A program made the translations under genes and the position numbers. Positions 39,826 through 50,399 of a stretch of 64,000 nucleotides of DNA are shown piece after piece; the stretch's first letter is position 1, and each line of letters begins with the position of its first letter. The notes under the pieces are model-generated. The model was not told the DNA's origin, did no database searches, and worked only from the letters and a program-made list of their open reading frames with translations. Origin of the DNA: Elusimicrobiota bacterium (lineage in GTDB: Bacteria; Elusimicrobiota; Elusimicrobia; FEN-1173); the NCBI GenBank assembly GCA_016721625.1, contig JADKHR010000001.1, forward strand, positions 2,688,503 through 2,752,502, given 5' to 3'.

Positions 39826-40164
39826 ATGAACCCATACGAAAGTCTGATGAAAATCCCGCCCAATAACGTGGCGGACGTTCTGCGGCGTTTGACGGGGCTC
39901 GCTTCGGGCAAGCCCGAGGAAGCCCCGCTTCTGACTCTCTATCTGTCCAACGGGGCTTCCGTGGCGGGGGTTCTGCTTCAGTTTAGGAAAGACCACGCCC
40001 AACAGTTCGTCGTGACGGTGGGACATTTCAAGAACACCGACGGAGCGGCGGAGGCCCTGAGTTTCGTTCCTTTGTCCCAGATCTCGGCGGTGACCATTCA
40101 TCACCCGTTGCGACTGGCCTCGGTGTTGACGGAACCGACCGCCGCCGACACCCAGGAACCATGA
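39826..40164 (+). CDS. Hypothetical 112-aa protein embedded between sucC and sucD
   Basis: AAGGAG lies 9 nt before the ATG at 39826, and the stop overlaps the sucD start (ATGA). I recognise no domain. Confidence 0.55.
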   Translation: MNPYESLMKIPPNNVADVLRRLTGLASGKPEEAPLLTLYLSNGASVAGVLLQFRKDHAQQFVVTVGHFKNTDGAAEALSFVPLSQISAVTIHHPLRLASVLTEPTAADTQEP

Positions 40165-41066
40165 GCATCCTGATCGATCGCGACACCCGGGTCATCGTCC
40201 AGGGAATCACGGGGGCGGCCGGGTCCTTCCACGCCAAAGCCTGCCGGGACTATGGCACCCAGGTGGTCGGAGGGGTGACGCCGGGGAAAGGGGGCTCCAA
40301 CCTCGACGGCATCCCTGTTTTCAATACGGTGAAAGAAGCGGTGAAGGAAACGGGAGCCACGGCCTCGATCCTTTTTGTTCCGCCTCCCTTCGCGGCCGAC
40401 GCCGTTCTGGAGGCGGCGGACGCGGGGGTAGGCCTGCTCCTCTGCATCACCGAAGGGATCCCGGTGTTGGACATGGCTCGCGTGAAGGCGACTCTCAAAG
40501 GGACCGGCGCCCGGTTGATCGGTCCCAACGGCCCGGGAGTCATTACCCCGGGGGACGAACGGCGGCCCGGTTGCAAGATCGGGATCATGCCCGGGTACAT
40601 CCACAAACCCGGGCGCATCGGCGTCGTTTCCCGGTCGGGCACTCTGACCTACGAGGCGGTCTGGCAATTGACCCAGCGCGGCATCGGCCAATCCACGGTG
40701 CTCGGGATCGGGGGAGACCCGGTTCAGGGGTCTACGTTCGTGGACATTTTGGAGCTTTTCGAAAAAGACGCGGACACCGACGCCGTCTTGATGATCGGGG
40801 AGATCGGCGGGTCGGCGGAGGAGGACGCGGCGATGTTTTTCAAGAAAAAAATGTCCAAGCCCCTTTTCGCCTTCATCGCCGGGCGCACCGCCCCGGAGGG
40901 CCGGCGCATGGGACACGCCGGGGCCATCGTGGACGCGGGCGACGGGCAGGCCTCTCACGGCTCGGCGGCGGAAAAGCGCGCGACGCTGGAAGCGGCCGGC
41001 GTCAAAGTCATCGACTCTCCGGCGGACATGGGAGAAATGGTTTTAAAAATGGTCCGAGGGTCTTGA
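40161..41066 (+). CDS. sucD: Succinyl-CoA synthetase alpha subunit
   Basis: [51 protein letters not shown] (phosphohistidine loop). Confidence 0.95.
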   Translation: MSILIDRDTRVIVQGITGAAGSFHAKACRDYGTQVVGGVTPGKGGSNLDGIPVFNTVKEAVKETGATASILFVPPPFAADAVLEAADAGVGLLLCITEGIPVLDMARVKATLKGTGARLIGPNGPGVITPGDERRPGCKIGIMPGYIHKPGRIGVVSRSGTLTYEAVWQLTQRGIGQSTVLGIGGDPVQGSTFVDILELFEKDADTDAVLMIGEIGGSAEEDAAMFFKKKMSKPLFAFIAGRTAPEGRRMGHAGAIVDAGDGQASHGSAAEKRATLEAAGVKVIDSPADMGEMVLKMVRGS

Positions 41067-41074
41067 CGGCCCGC

Positions 41075-43041
41075 ATGCCTCCCGCCGGGCCGCCCATCGT
41101 TTCTCTCGGCCGCGCCGTTTGCGGCACCTACGCGGAGGCGAGCGAGCGGGAATGGTTGGAAACCAACGGGCGGGGCGGTTACGCCATGGGCCCCGTGTCG
41201 GGGGGGACCACGCGCCGTTACCACGGGCTTCTGACCGTCGCCCGCCGTCCCCCCCTGGACCGTTTCCAGCTCGTCAACCGGGTGGAAGAAGCGGTGATCC
41301 GGGGCGGGAGCCGCGTGGACCTCTCCTGTCAGCAATACCCCGACGTCGTTCACCCCCAAGGCGCCGAACGGCTCGAATCCTTCCGCCTGGACCCTTTCCC
41401 GACCTGGACCTACGATTGGGGCGAAGGAAAACTGGAAAAATCTTTTTTTCTCCGCTACGGCGAAGACACCGGGGTTTTGACCTACCGGCTCCTTTCGGGA
41501 CCGCCCGTGGAACTCGAGGCCCGGCCCCTCCTTTCCTTTCGGGACCACCACGCTTTGGGACGCCAGGACGGCCGGTTCGAAGGCCGGGTCCATGCCACGG
41601 AACGCGCCTTTCACGCCGACGTTCCCGACGGCGGAACCCTTTCGGTGACGACCGCCCGGGGGCGGTTCGAGAGCGCCCCTTCCTGGTTCCGGAACCAGGT
41701 CTACGTGCAGGAGGAGCGGCGCGGCCTTGAAAAACCGAAGACGTTTTTTGTCCCGGTTTTTTCCGTTTGCCCCTCGAGGTGGGGACCCCGGCGCGCCTGA
41801 TGTTTTCCGTGGTTCCGGGCCTCGCGTTCCCGGCGGAGGGCTGGGAAGAGGAAGAGCGGGAACAACGGCGAAAAATCGTCAAGGGGTCCCTGGTTCGCGG
41901 GGCCCTGGGCGGCGCCCTCTCCCTGGCCGCCGACCAGTTCGTGGTCTCCCGGGGGGAGGGCTCCAGCGTCATCGCGGGGTACCCCTGGTTCGGCGATTGG
42001 AGCCGAGACGCGCTGATTTCCTTCCCCGGCCTTTTCCTGGCCACGGGGCGATGGTCCGAAGCTCCCGGGCTCCTGAACACCTTTGCCCGCCACGTCCGCC
42101 AGGGGCTTTTACCGAACCTTTTTCCGGAAGGCGGTTCCTCCGTCGCCTACAACGCGGTGGACGCTCCGCTTTGGTTCATTCGCGCCGTCCAGGCCTATCA
42201 CAAAGCGACCCACGACGACGCCTCCGTCCGAACCTGGTTGCCCGTCATGCGGGACATCGTGGACGCTTATCAAAACGGGGCGGGGTACGACATTCACATG
42301 GACGGTGACGGTTTAATCGTGGCGCCGGCCGCGGACGTTCCTCTCACGTGGATGGACGCCCGGGTGGACGGTCAATCGGTCACCCCGCGCGGAGGAAAGC
42401 CGGTTGAAATCCAAGCCCTTTGGTACAACGCCCTCCAGTTTTTGGTCGAGATCCAGTTGCGGCTAAAAGAGGCCGGGCGGGGCTACGATCAGTTGGCCCA
42501 GGTGGCGCAAAAAAGTTTTAATGAAAAATTCTGGAACGAGGAGGACCAGTGTTTGTATGATGGGCTGGATGGAAAACACCGGGACCCCGCGCTTCGCCCC
42601 AACGCCCTGCTGGCGGTCAGCCTTCCCTACGAGATTTTGGAAGAGAAACATTTTCGTCCCGTGGTGGAGACCGCGTGGTGGGAACTTCACACGTCGCGGG
42701 GGCTCCGAACGCTGGCTGGACGGTTTCCTGAATACCGCGGCCGTTGCGAAGGGTCGCCCCACGAAAGGGACGGCGCCTACCACCAAGGCACGGTCTGGCC
42801 TTGGCTTCTGGGACCCTTCATGACCGCCTACGTCAAGGCGTTCGGATCCACGGAGGAGACCAAAAAACAGTTGGTTCGATTTCTCCAGCCCTTTCTCCAT
42901 CACTTGACCGAGGCCGGGGTCGGCCAAGTGTCCGAAATTTTCGACGGAAACCCGCCTCACACTCCGCGGGGCTGTCCCGCCCAGGCGTGGAGCGTGGGGG
43001 AACTCCTGCGGGTGATGTGGGAGGAAGGGGTCACGCTATGA
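41075..43041 (+). CDS. Glycogen debranching enzyme, archaeal/bacterial amylo-alpha-1,6-glucosidase type (GDE_N_bis + GDE_C). The frame is broken at 41730-41736.
   Basis: EWLETNGRGGYAMGPVSGGTTRRYHGLL.. (ORF 40571..41800) reads to ..EERRGLE, then continues as EDVFCPGFFRLPLEVG..GYPWFGDWSRDALISFPG..YHQGTVWPWLLGPF..CPAQAWSVGE (ORF 41767..43041). Confidence 0.85.
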
Positions 43042-44105
43042 GGTTGCGCGCGCTCTGTCTCGCGGTCGGTTCTTTGTTTTTGTCCGTTTCTTCGCGGGGG
43101 GGCTTCGATGTTCAGTTCACGCCCCAGGGGCCCGTGCGCACGGAAACGCCGACCGCTCCGCCGGTTCCGGCCGATCCCCCCCAGGAGGGCATCGTCGCGA
43201 TTCCCCTGGCGGATCTCCGGCGGGAACCTCGACTCGTTTCGCCTCAGGCGGTTTCCCAACGTCCCTACGCCGTCGATGATCAACAGGAAACACAGCTTTT
43301 ATTCGGCGAAAGCGTCCAAATGTTCGAGGAGCGGGACGGGTGGATTCGGGTGGAAGCGCCGGAACAGGTGGAATACACCCACAGCGACCGTTGGCAGGGT
43401 TATCCCGGGTGGGTTTTGAAAGAGGCGATCCTTCCCCGGCCCGGAAGTTTTTTCCCCAGCGCCGTCGTCACCGCGCGCTATGGCCGCGTGCGGCAAACCA
43501 CGAAGTGGCATTCCCCTTTTATGGAGTTCCCCATGGGCTCCCGGCTGTGGGTCGTTTACGTTGAAAAACCCTGGGCCCGGGTCCAGGGACCCAGCGGCAC
43601 GGTGGGCTGGATCCGCACCACGGAACTTCGCCTGGACCGCGACGTTCCCCGGAAAAGCGACGGGGTTCGGGAGGCCATCCTGGTGGCCGCGCGGCAGTTT
43701 TTGGGGGAACCCTATTATTGGGGGGGGCGGGCGGGCCATGTCAAAGGGGGGGCGAATCCCTCCGGGGTGGACTGTTCGGGCCTGGTCAACGTGGCCTACC
43801 GCGCCGTGGCGCTGAACGCGCCCCGGGACGCTCACGAACAATTTATGGCCGCCCATCCTTTGGAGAAAGCCGACGCTCTCCGCCCCGGGGACCTGGTTTT
43901 CCTGGCCAAGAAAGAGCGCTCCGACCGCATCGCTCATGTCATGCTTTTTGAGAAAGGGGAAACCCTGATCGAGGCGGTCCATGAATTCAACGTGGTTCGC
44001 CGGGTGACCTTCAAGAAGAAGTTCGGGGTACGCCGCGCGGCGCTTCAGGCGGGAGGCGTGGCGGCAGGCTACGTCGTCCGTTTCGGTTCCTTCCTCGAGC
44101 AGTAG
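43038..44105 (+). CDS. NlpC/P60 (C40) family peptidase with SH3-like N-terminal region (YkfC-like gamma-D-Glu-diamino acid endopeptidase candidate)
   Basis: Signal peptide MRLRALCLAVGSLFLSVSS; catalytic block YYWGGR..SGVDCSGLVNVAY..GDLVFL..HVMLF. The ATG overlaps the stop of the preceding gene (ATGA). Confidence 0.8.
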   Translation: MRLRALCLAVGSLFLSVSSRGGFDVQFTPQGPVRTETPTAPPVPADPPQEGIVAIPLADLRREPRLVSPQAVSQRPYAVDDQQETQLLFGESVQMFEERDGWIRVEAPEQVEYTHSDRWQGYPGWVLKEAILPRPGSFFPSAVVTARYGRVRQTTKWHSPFMEFPMGSRLWVVYVEKPWARVQGPSGTVGWIRTTELRLDRDVPRKSDGVREAILVAARQFLGEPYYWGGRAGHVKGGANPSGVDCSGLVNVAYRAVALNAPRDAHEQFMAAHPLEKADALRPGDLVFLAKKERSDRIAHVMLFEKGETLIEAVHEFNVVRRVTFKKKFGVRRAALQAGGVAAGYVVRFGSFLEQ

Positions 44106-44129
44106 GCCCCGGGCATAACCCCCGGTCGA

Positions 44130-45200
44130 GTGGAGCGGGTGGAAGTTCGCCCGGTCCGTCGGTCTCTTCGCCATCCCTTCGTCACTGCCCTCGGACAAAA
44201 AAGCCATTCGGACAACGTGGTCGTGGGCGTTACCCTCTCGGGCGGCCGGCGCGGCCTGGGCGAGGCGTCTTCCTCCTTGGCCATGCCGTGGCAAACGGGG
44301 CCTCTCCTGGCGGCCTCGATTCGTCGGCTCGGGCGGCGGTTTCGGGGACGCGACGTCCGCGACATCGAACGGGTGGTGGCGGAATCGTGGCGGGTCGAGG
44401 GGGACTGGCCCACGGCGGTGGGGGCCTTCGAAGCCGCGCTGTGGGACGCCTTGTCCCAAGCGGAGGGGATCCCTTTGTTCGCCCTGTGGGGCGGCGTCCA
44501 GCGGGAAATCGAAACGGTCCTTTCGATCTCCGCCGTCGCGCCGGAGGTCGTCGGAAAACGGGCCCGGGCGGCGGCTCGCGCCGGTTGGCGATTTCTCAAA
44601 CTCAAGCTGAACGGCCACGAACCCCAGGCCCTCAACCGGGATCGGGTTCGCGCCGCCCGCCGGTCCGCGCCCCGGGCGCGCCTCTTGTTGGACCCCAACC
44701 AAAGTTATGACCCCAACGGTTTAGAACAACTTCTTCGGTGGGCTCGCGCCGACGGGATCGCCATCGAATTGATCGAGGAACCTTTTCCGAAAAGGGACTG
44801 GAAGGCGTTGGCGGAGGCCCGGGCGCGGGAGCTGGGGCCCCTCTTGGGAGATGAGTCCGTCCAAACCGCCGAGGACGCCAGGCGGGCCTGTCGGGGGGCG
44901 TTGCTTCGGGGACCCAACATCAAATTGGCCAAGAGCGGTTTGCTTCGGAGCCGGGCTATTCTGGACGTGTTCGACCGGGCGTTCAAAGGCCGGGTTCTGT
45001 CGATGATCGGGTGCATGGCGGAATCCCGCATCGGGTTGGCCGCCGCCGTCCATTTCGCGCTGGGCCTCGGGGGTTTTCAATACGCCGACCTGGACGCGGA
45101 CCTGCTTTTGAAACCCACCGAAGCCCGTGGCGGCTACCTCCGCCGGGGCCCATGGATTTCTCTTCCGAAAAATCCGCCGCCCGGGCTGGGTCTTCGATGA
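44130..45200 (+). CDS. Enolase-superfamily dipeptide epimerase (L-Ala-D/L-Glu epimerase-like)
   Basis: MR/MLE-type pattern: ..AFEAALWDALSQAEGIPLFALWGG..FLKLKL..LLLDPNQSY..IEEPF..GDES..IKLAKSG... It is adjacent to the NlpC/P60 gene, as in the ykfB-ykfC pairing. Confidence 0.7.
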   Translation: MERVEVRPVRRSLRHPFVTALGQKSHSDNVVVGVTLSGGRRGLGEASSSLAMPWQTGPLLAASIRRLGRRFRGRDVRDIERVVAESWRVEGDWPTAVGAFEAALWDALSQAEGIPLFALWGGVQREIETVLSISAVAPEVVGKRARAAARAGWRFLKLKLNGHEPQALNRDRVRAARRSAPRARLLLDPNQSYDPNGLEQLLRWARADGIAIELIEEPFPKRDWKALAEARARELGPLLGDESVQTAEDARRACRGALLRGPNIKLAKSGLLRSRAILDVFDRAFKGRVLSMIGCMAESRIGLAAAVHFALGLGGFQYADLDADLLLKPTEARGGYLRRGPWISLPKNPPPGLGLR

Positions 45201-46396
45201 GGTCCGGTTTTCCGCCGGCCCTTCTGGCGTTGGTTTTGCTGGGGCTCACCGCGGGGATCCTTGCGGCGCGGCGGCAGAAATCCCTCTCGTTTCTTTTCCG
45301 TTGGTTGCCCGTGCCGTTTTATTGTTATTTCCTGCCGACCTGTTTGGCGGCCGTGGGCCTCCTCCCGGCCGAAAGCGCGCTTTACGGCTGGGCGGCCCGG
45401 TTCCTTCTCCCGGTTTGCCTGGCCCTTCTTCTGATCAATGTGGATCTCCCCGGGTTGGCCGGGCTCGGTCGCCCGGCCCTCGTCGCCATGGCCTGGGGCG
45501 TGGGCGGGATTCTGGGCGGCATGGTGGCGGCGTATGGTCTCTTTCACCCTTGGCTTCCCCCGGAGGCTTGGAAATCCGTGGGGGCTCTGGCCGGAAGTTG
45601 GACGGGAGGGAGCGCCAATCTGATCGCCGTGAAAGAGGCGTTGGGGGCGCCCGAGAACGTGTTCTCTCCCGTGATCGTGGTGGACACGGTGTTCGCCTAC
45701 AGCTGGATGGCTTTCCTGATTTGGCTGGCGGGGCGGCAGGAGATCATCGACCGCTGGAACCGCGTTCCAGCGGAGGGCCTGGTTCTTAAAAAACAGAAGG
45801 AAGACCACCGGGTTGTTCGCGGACGCCCCTGGCCCTGGGCGGGGGTGCCGGTCACGGCCCTGGCCCTGGCCGCGCTTTCCTTGGCCTTTGGGACCCTGGC
45901 GGGTCCCTCTTTGAGCCAAGCGGTGGGACGTCTTTTTCCGTCTCTGGGGAACAGCCTGAAGCCCGCCACCTGGACCGTCATCGCCGTAACGACGGCCAGT
46001 CTCGGGGCCGCGTTTTCGGGGCGGTTCCGGGCGGCGCCGGAGCGGACGGAGCGGATCGGAAACTTCCTTTTATTTTTCCTCTTGACGATTCTCGGTTCCC
46101 AGGCATCCTTTAAGGCGTTGGGGGAAGCGCCGGCCTTTCTGGCGGTGGGGGCGGCGGCCCTGTTGGTTCACGGGGCGGCCCTGGCGGTGGGCGCGCGCTG
46201 GTCGCGCCTTCCACTTTCGCTTCTGGCCACCGCCAGCCAGGCCTGTGTGGGCGGGGTGGTGTCCGCCCCCATGGTCGGGGCGGTCTACCGGCCGGCGTTG
46301 GCCGCCGTGGGGCTTTTGTTGGCGATATTTGGAAACGTCGTCGGAACGTATCTGGGGCTTCTGACGGCTCAGCTCTGCGCGGGTCTGGGAAATTGA
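45197..46396 (+). CDS. DUF819-family integral membrane protein
   Basis: Polytopic; GSWTGGSANLIAVKEAL block. The ATG at 45197 overlaps the epimerase stop (ATGA). Confidence 0.65.
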   Translation: MRSGFPPALLALVLLGLTAGILAARRQKSLSFLFRWLPVPFYCYFLPTCLAAVGLLPAESALYGWAARFLLPVCLALLLINVDLPGLAGLGRPALVAMAWGVGGILGGMVAAYGLFHPWLPPEAWKSVGALAGSWTGGSANLIAVKEALGAPENVFSPVIVVDTVFAYSWMAFLIWLAGRQEIIDRWNRVPAEGLVLKKQKEDHRVVRGRPWPWAGVPVTALALAALSLAFGTLAGPSLSQAVGRLFPSLGNSLKPATWTVIAVTTASLGAAFSGRFRAAPERTERIGNFLLFFLLTILGSQASFKALGEAPAFLAVGAAALLVHGAALAVGARWSRLPLSLLATASQACVGGVVSAPMVGAVYRPALAAVGLLLAIFGNVVGTYLGLLTAQLCAGLGN

Positions 46397-46439
46397 GGCG
46401 AGGGCGGGGAAAATGACGAACCAAGAAAGGGTGATCAAA

Positions 46440-48341
46440 ATGAAACGAACGTTTTGGGCGGGAATGGGGGTCTTCCTCCTCGGGCTCGGGGTGGCGCGCG
46501 GCGAAATGACGGGGTGGCAGGAGGAGGGCGACGAACTCCCTTCCGGGCCCCTGTCGACGGCGCCCGTCTCGGTGGCCCCGGTGGCGGGGACCACGGAACC
46601 CCCGGGGGCGCGGCCGCCGCTCATGATCGTGCATCCGCCGGAGGGAATGGCGATCCCGGCGGTCAAATCCTCTTTCGTCTACGGCTGGGCCGACCCCGCG
46701 GGAACCCTGACCGTGAACGGCCGCCCGGTGATGATCTATCCCGGGGGCGGTTGGCTGACGATGGTCCCCTACACGCCGGGTCCTTTCACCTTGCAGGCCG
46801 AACTCCGCTCGCCCACCACATCCTACGTGACGTTCCGCCGCGTGACGGTGGGGGGAGGTGGGGGGCCTTCGACGGTTTTCTCCCTTCTGCCGGTTCAGCC
46901 CGACCAGGATCTTCTGCTTCGGGCGGGGGAGACGGTGGTGGTTCAAGCCCAGGGGCCGCCGGGGTTGGAAGGGTCGTTCCAGTGGGAAGGTTCCAAGAAA
47001 CGCTTCCCCCTGGGCGAATACGGTTCAAACGGTCGGGGAACCTATCGGGGTTTTTTCACCATTCCCGGCGACGGAAAATTGGAGAATGCATCGCTCCGAA
47101 TCACGCTCCTGGATAAAAAGCGCGGGACCAAACAGAGCGCCAACGCCCCCGGGCGAGTCTCTCGGTTGGACCGGGGTTCGCCCTGGGTGGTGGAAGTGAC
47201 CACCTCTCCGGCGATCCTTCGCGCCGGGCCGGGCCTGACCAAAGGGGACAAGGGTGGATACGTGATGTTTCCTCCCATGGGAACGCGCCTCCTGGTGACG
47301 GGCCGACGGGGGGGGGAACTTCGGGTGTCCCTTTCCGCCTCGAGAGAAGCGTGGATCGGCGTCGATGAGGTGAAAGACCTTCCGGAGACCGCGCTGGCGC
47401 CCCGCACCACCGTCACCGCGATCTCGGTGGAGACCGCCGGAAAGCACACCCAGGTCCGGGTATATTTCGGCACGAAGGTTCCCTTCGAGATCCGACCCTC
47501 CGAGGATGGGCGAACCATGGACGTCCTTTTTTTTGGAGCGGTGTCCAATACCGATTGGATCCACTACCACGATCCCCAGGGGGCCGTTCGGCGGGTGGAA
47601 TGGTTTCAGGACGACACCGACACCTACCGTCTTCGGGTCCACCTTCATCCCGGCCGGTGGTGGGGCTACGACGCGCGGTTCGACAACGGTGGGTTTGTCT
47701 TGGAGCTTCGGCGTCCCCCGCCGAACGCCAAATCCCCCTCGTCCTTGGCGGGCCTCACGATCGCGGTGGACGCGGGCCATTCGGCGGACCGAGGCGCCAT
47801 CGGGCCCACGGAACTATTGGAAAAAGACGCGAACCTGTCGATCGCGGCCTGCCTGGAGAAAAGGCTCAAACAAGCGGGCGCCGAGGTCGTGATGATCCGG
47901 AAGGGGGACGAAAACGTGGCTCTTTACGATCGGCCTAAACGGGCCTGGGAGGCGCGGGCGGACATCTTGATCAGCGTGCACAACAACGCCCTCCCCGAGG
48001 GAGCCGATCCCTTTGAGCGGAACGGGTACGGGGTTTACTATTTCCATCCCCAGAGTTTCGCGCTGGCCCAAAGGGTCCACGAAGCTTACGGCGAAAAGTT
48101 CGGCGGGAAAGGGAAAGGTTCCCGGTCCGCGGCTTTACGGGACGACGGTCTCCATTACGGTAACCTGGCCCTTCCCCGCACGGGCCAAATGCCCGCGGTG
48201 CTGACCGAGTCGGCCTACATGATCCTGCCGGAGGAAGAGGCCCTCCTCCGGACGGAAACTTTTCAGTGCGATTGCGCCGAAGCCATGTTTCGCGGGCTCA
48301 CGCGGTTCGTGGAGGACACGCGGAAAAAAGACACCCCGTAG
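46440..48341 (+). CDS. N-acetylmuramoyl-L-alanine amidase (Amidase_3 family) with a long N-terminal domain
   Basis: Signal peptide MKRTFWAGMGVFLLGLGVARG; catalytic domain IAVDAGHSADRGAIGP..EKDANL..ILISVHNNALPEG..VLTESAYM. Confidence 0.85.
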   Translation: MKRTFWAGMGVFLLGLGVARGEMTGWQEEGDELPSGPLSTAPVSVAPVAGTTEPPGARPPLMIVHPPEGMAIPAVKSSFVYGWADPAGTLTVNGRPVMIYPGGGWLTMVPYTPGPFTLQAELRSPTTSYVTFRRVTVGGGGGPSTVFSLLPVQPDQDLLLRAGETVVVQAQGPPGLEGSFQWEGSKKRFPLGEYGSNGRGTYRGFFTIPGDGKLENASLRITLLDKKRGTKQSANAPGRVSRLDRGSPWVVEVTTSPAILRAGPGLTKGDKGGYVMFPPMGTRLLVTGRRGGELRVSLSASREAWIGVDEVKDLPETALAPRTTVTAISVETAGKHTQVRVYFGTKVPFEIRPSEDGRTMDVLFFGAVSNTDWIHYHDPQGAVRRVEWFQDDTDTYRLRVHLHPGRWWGYDARFDNGGFVLELRRPPPNAKSPSSLAGLTIAVDAGHSADRGAIGPTELLEKDANLSIAACLEKRLKQAGAEVVMIRKGDENVALYDRPKRAWEARADILISVHNNALPEGADPFERNGYGVYYFHPQSFALAQRVHEAYGEKFGGKGKGSRSAALRDDGLHYGNLALPRTGQMPAVLTESAYMILPEEEALLRTETFQCDCAEAMFRGLTRFVEDTRKKDTP

Positions 48342-48346
48342 GGGTT

Positions 48347-49687
48347 TTACACCGCCTGGGTTTGGGCGGGCCGGCGTCGGCTGTCGAGTCGGCGGGAAAG
48401 AAGGTAAAGTGGGAACCCGACGGCGGCCACGGCGATTCCCAAGAGGGACTCCCGGGGTTGCTCCCAAATGCCGTTCACCGCGATGGCCACGTTGAGCGCG
48501 ATGAAGAGGAGCGGGGTCCAGGGGTAAGCCCACACTGGATAGATCCCCGCCGGGACGCCCCCTTTCCGCCGAAAGAGGAACAGCGAGATCCCCGTTACCG
48601 CGAAGAATAAATAGATCACGACTTCCGTGTAGGTGACGATGGTGTCCAAGGTCCCGGTCCAAACCAGGACCAACGTGATCCCGGCGTTCCCGAGCATGGC
48701 CAGGATCGGGGTTTGGGTGATAGCCGACCGTCGGCCGAAAATCCGAAAAAGTCCGTGGTCCTCGCCCAAAGCCTCCAAGATCCGCCCCCCCGAGAGAATG
48801 TAGCCGTTCAACGCCCCGAAGGTGGAGATCATCACCATGGCGGCCACCACCCGTCCCACGGTCCCCGGGAAGAGGCGGTCCATGGCCCCGGCCGCCACGA
48901 GGTTCGTTTCCCGAAGGACGGGGAGCGGAAGATAATAAAGGTAGACCACGTTGACCAGCAGGTAGACGACCGTCACCGAGAGGAGCCCCCCGACGATGGC
49001 CCGAGGAAGATTTCGTTGCGGGTCCCGCACTTCCCCGGCCACGTAGGCCGCCTCGTACCAGCCGCCGTAGGTCCAGAGGACCGGGATGAGCGCCAGTCCC
49101 AGTTGGGAAATCCAGTTTCGGCCCGAACCCCAGAGGGGGGCGAAATGGGCCGTGTCTCCTTTTCCGGCGGCCAGGCCCACCGCGATGATGCCGAACAGCG
49201 CCAAAAGTTTCAACGCGGTAAAAACGTTTTGAATTCCTTTCCCGAACCGAAGTCCCAGGATGTTCAATCCGGTCAAAAGGAGGACGGCCGCCGTGGCCAG
49301 GGGCTTCACCGCGGACGGCTCCAGCCGGCCCACCTGGACCGCGTGTTCGGCGAAGACGTAAGCCAATATGGCCAAGGTCCCCGTGCGGCTGACGAACAGG
49401 CGCGTCCAACCGTAAACGAACCCCCAGGCCGGGCCGTAGGCCTCCGTCAAAAAAACATATTCTCCGCCGTTTTTTGGGAACCGCGTGGCCAATTCCGCCC
49501 AAACCAGCGCCCCGCAGAGGGACAGGAGCCCGCCGATCACCCAGGCCGCCGCGAAAAGGCCCACCGAGGAGGAACAACGCGCCACCGAGTCGGACAAACG
49601 AAAAATTCCCGCTCCGATGATACAGCCGACCACGAGGGCCGACGCGTCGAGGAGGTTTAACCGGGGGGCCGACTCTTTCGGGTTCAT
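48347..49687 (-). CDS. APC-superfamily amino acid permease
   Basis: Starts at MNPKESAPRLNLLDASALVVGCIIGAGIF..WAELATRFPKNGGEYVF. It has 12-TM-like hydrophobicity. Confidence 0.85.
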   Translation of the reverse strand: MNPKESAPRLNLLDASALVVGCIIGAGIFRLSDSVARCSSSVGLFAAAWVIGGLLSLCGALVWAELATRFPKNGGEYVFLTEAYGPAWGFVYGWTRLFVSRTGTLAILAYVFAEHAVQVGRLEPSAVKPLATAAVLLLTGLNILGLRFGKGIQNVFTALKLLALFGIIAVGLAAGKGDTAHFAPLWGSGRNWISQLGLALIPVLWTYGGWYEAAYVAGEVRDPQRNLPRAIVGGLLSVTVVYLLVNVVYLYYLPLPVLRETNLVAAGAMDRLFPGTVGRVVAAMVMISTFGALNGYILSGGRILEALGEDHGLFRIFGRRSAITQTPILAMLGNAGITLVLVWTGTLDTIVTYTEVVIYLFFAVTGISLFLFRRKGGVPAGIYPVWAYPWTPLLFIALNVAIAVNGIWEQPRESLLGIAVAAVGFPLYLLSRRLDSRRRPAQTQAV

Positions 49688-49842
49688 GCCGGGGAGCGTA
49701 CCATTTCCGATTTCCCAATGGAACCGCCGATGACGGGAGGGTTGACAAAGAATTGTTTGTCTGTTAAGTTTACCAGACCATGGCAAACCCCCACCCCCAC
49801 TCAGCTGGTCCAACGAACCCTGATCCCTTTCAACCGCCGCGC

Positions 49843-50385
49843 GTGAAGCGGAAAATCATCATCATCAAACGCGGCATGCAGATGAAGTTCGTCTTGCTGG
49901 TCTCTTCTTTCGTGGCGATCGCCATCACGGCCATCGGCATCGACTTCTATTACCACTTCGGCCGCGAGGTTCAGAATTTCATGGACCCAAGTTTGTACGA
50001 GCTCTTCCGCACCGACAGTTACGTTTTCTTGGTGAAACTCGCCCTCTACATGGTGGGCGTCACCATCTTCGCGGTTTTCGCCTCCCACAAGGTGGCCGGG
50101 CCCATTTATCGGTTCGAGCGGTCGGCCCGCACGGTGGGCTCCGGGGACCTCACCCACCGGGTGCGGCTTCGGGTGGGCGACGAGATGGAAGAGTTTCAGG
50201 ACGAGTTCAACCTGATGGTCGAATCGATCCAACGGCTGGTCTCTCAAGATTCCCACGTGGCCATGCGCGTCTCGAAAACCATCGGGGAACTTCTCAACGA
50301 CCGTCACGCGGGCCCTGAATTTCATCGCCGTTTGGAACAGGTAAAAGCCGATGTGGATCATCTCCACAAGGGCTTTAAAATTTAA
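49843..50385 (+). CDS. Membrane protein with a HAMP domain. The start is uncertain (GTG 49843, ATG 49780 or 49876).
   Basis: Two TM helices are followed by SHKVAGPIYRFERSARTVGSGDLTHRVRLRVGDEMEEFQDEFNLMVESIQ (HAMP pattern). Confidence 0.7.
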   Translation: MKRKIIIIKRGMQMKFVLLVSSFVAIAITAIGIDFYYHFGREVQNFMDPSLYELFRTDSYVFLVKLALYMVGVTIFAVFASHKVAGPIYRFERSARTVGSGDLTHRVRLRVGDEMEEFQDEFNLMVESIQRLVSQDSHVAMRVSKTIGELLNDRHAGPEFHRRLEQVKADVDHLHKGFKI

Positions 50386-50399
50386 TCTCCTCTGACGTT

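Noticed and set aside
48135-49748. Very long alternative-frame or antisense ORFs, for example 48135..49748 (-), 52399..53883 (-), 43299..44702 (-), 10777..11721 (+), 13567..14913 (+), 28243..29511 (+), 29884..31614 (+), 36323..37504 (+) and 50562..51473 (-).
   Set aside because: All of them lie fully on top of genes with clear conserved motifs. Their translations are Arg/Gly/Pro-rich low-complexity strings, as expected from stop-poor frames in GC-rich DNA.
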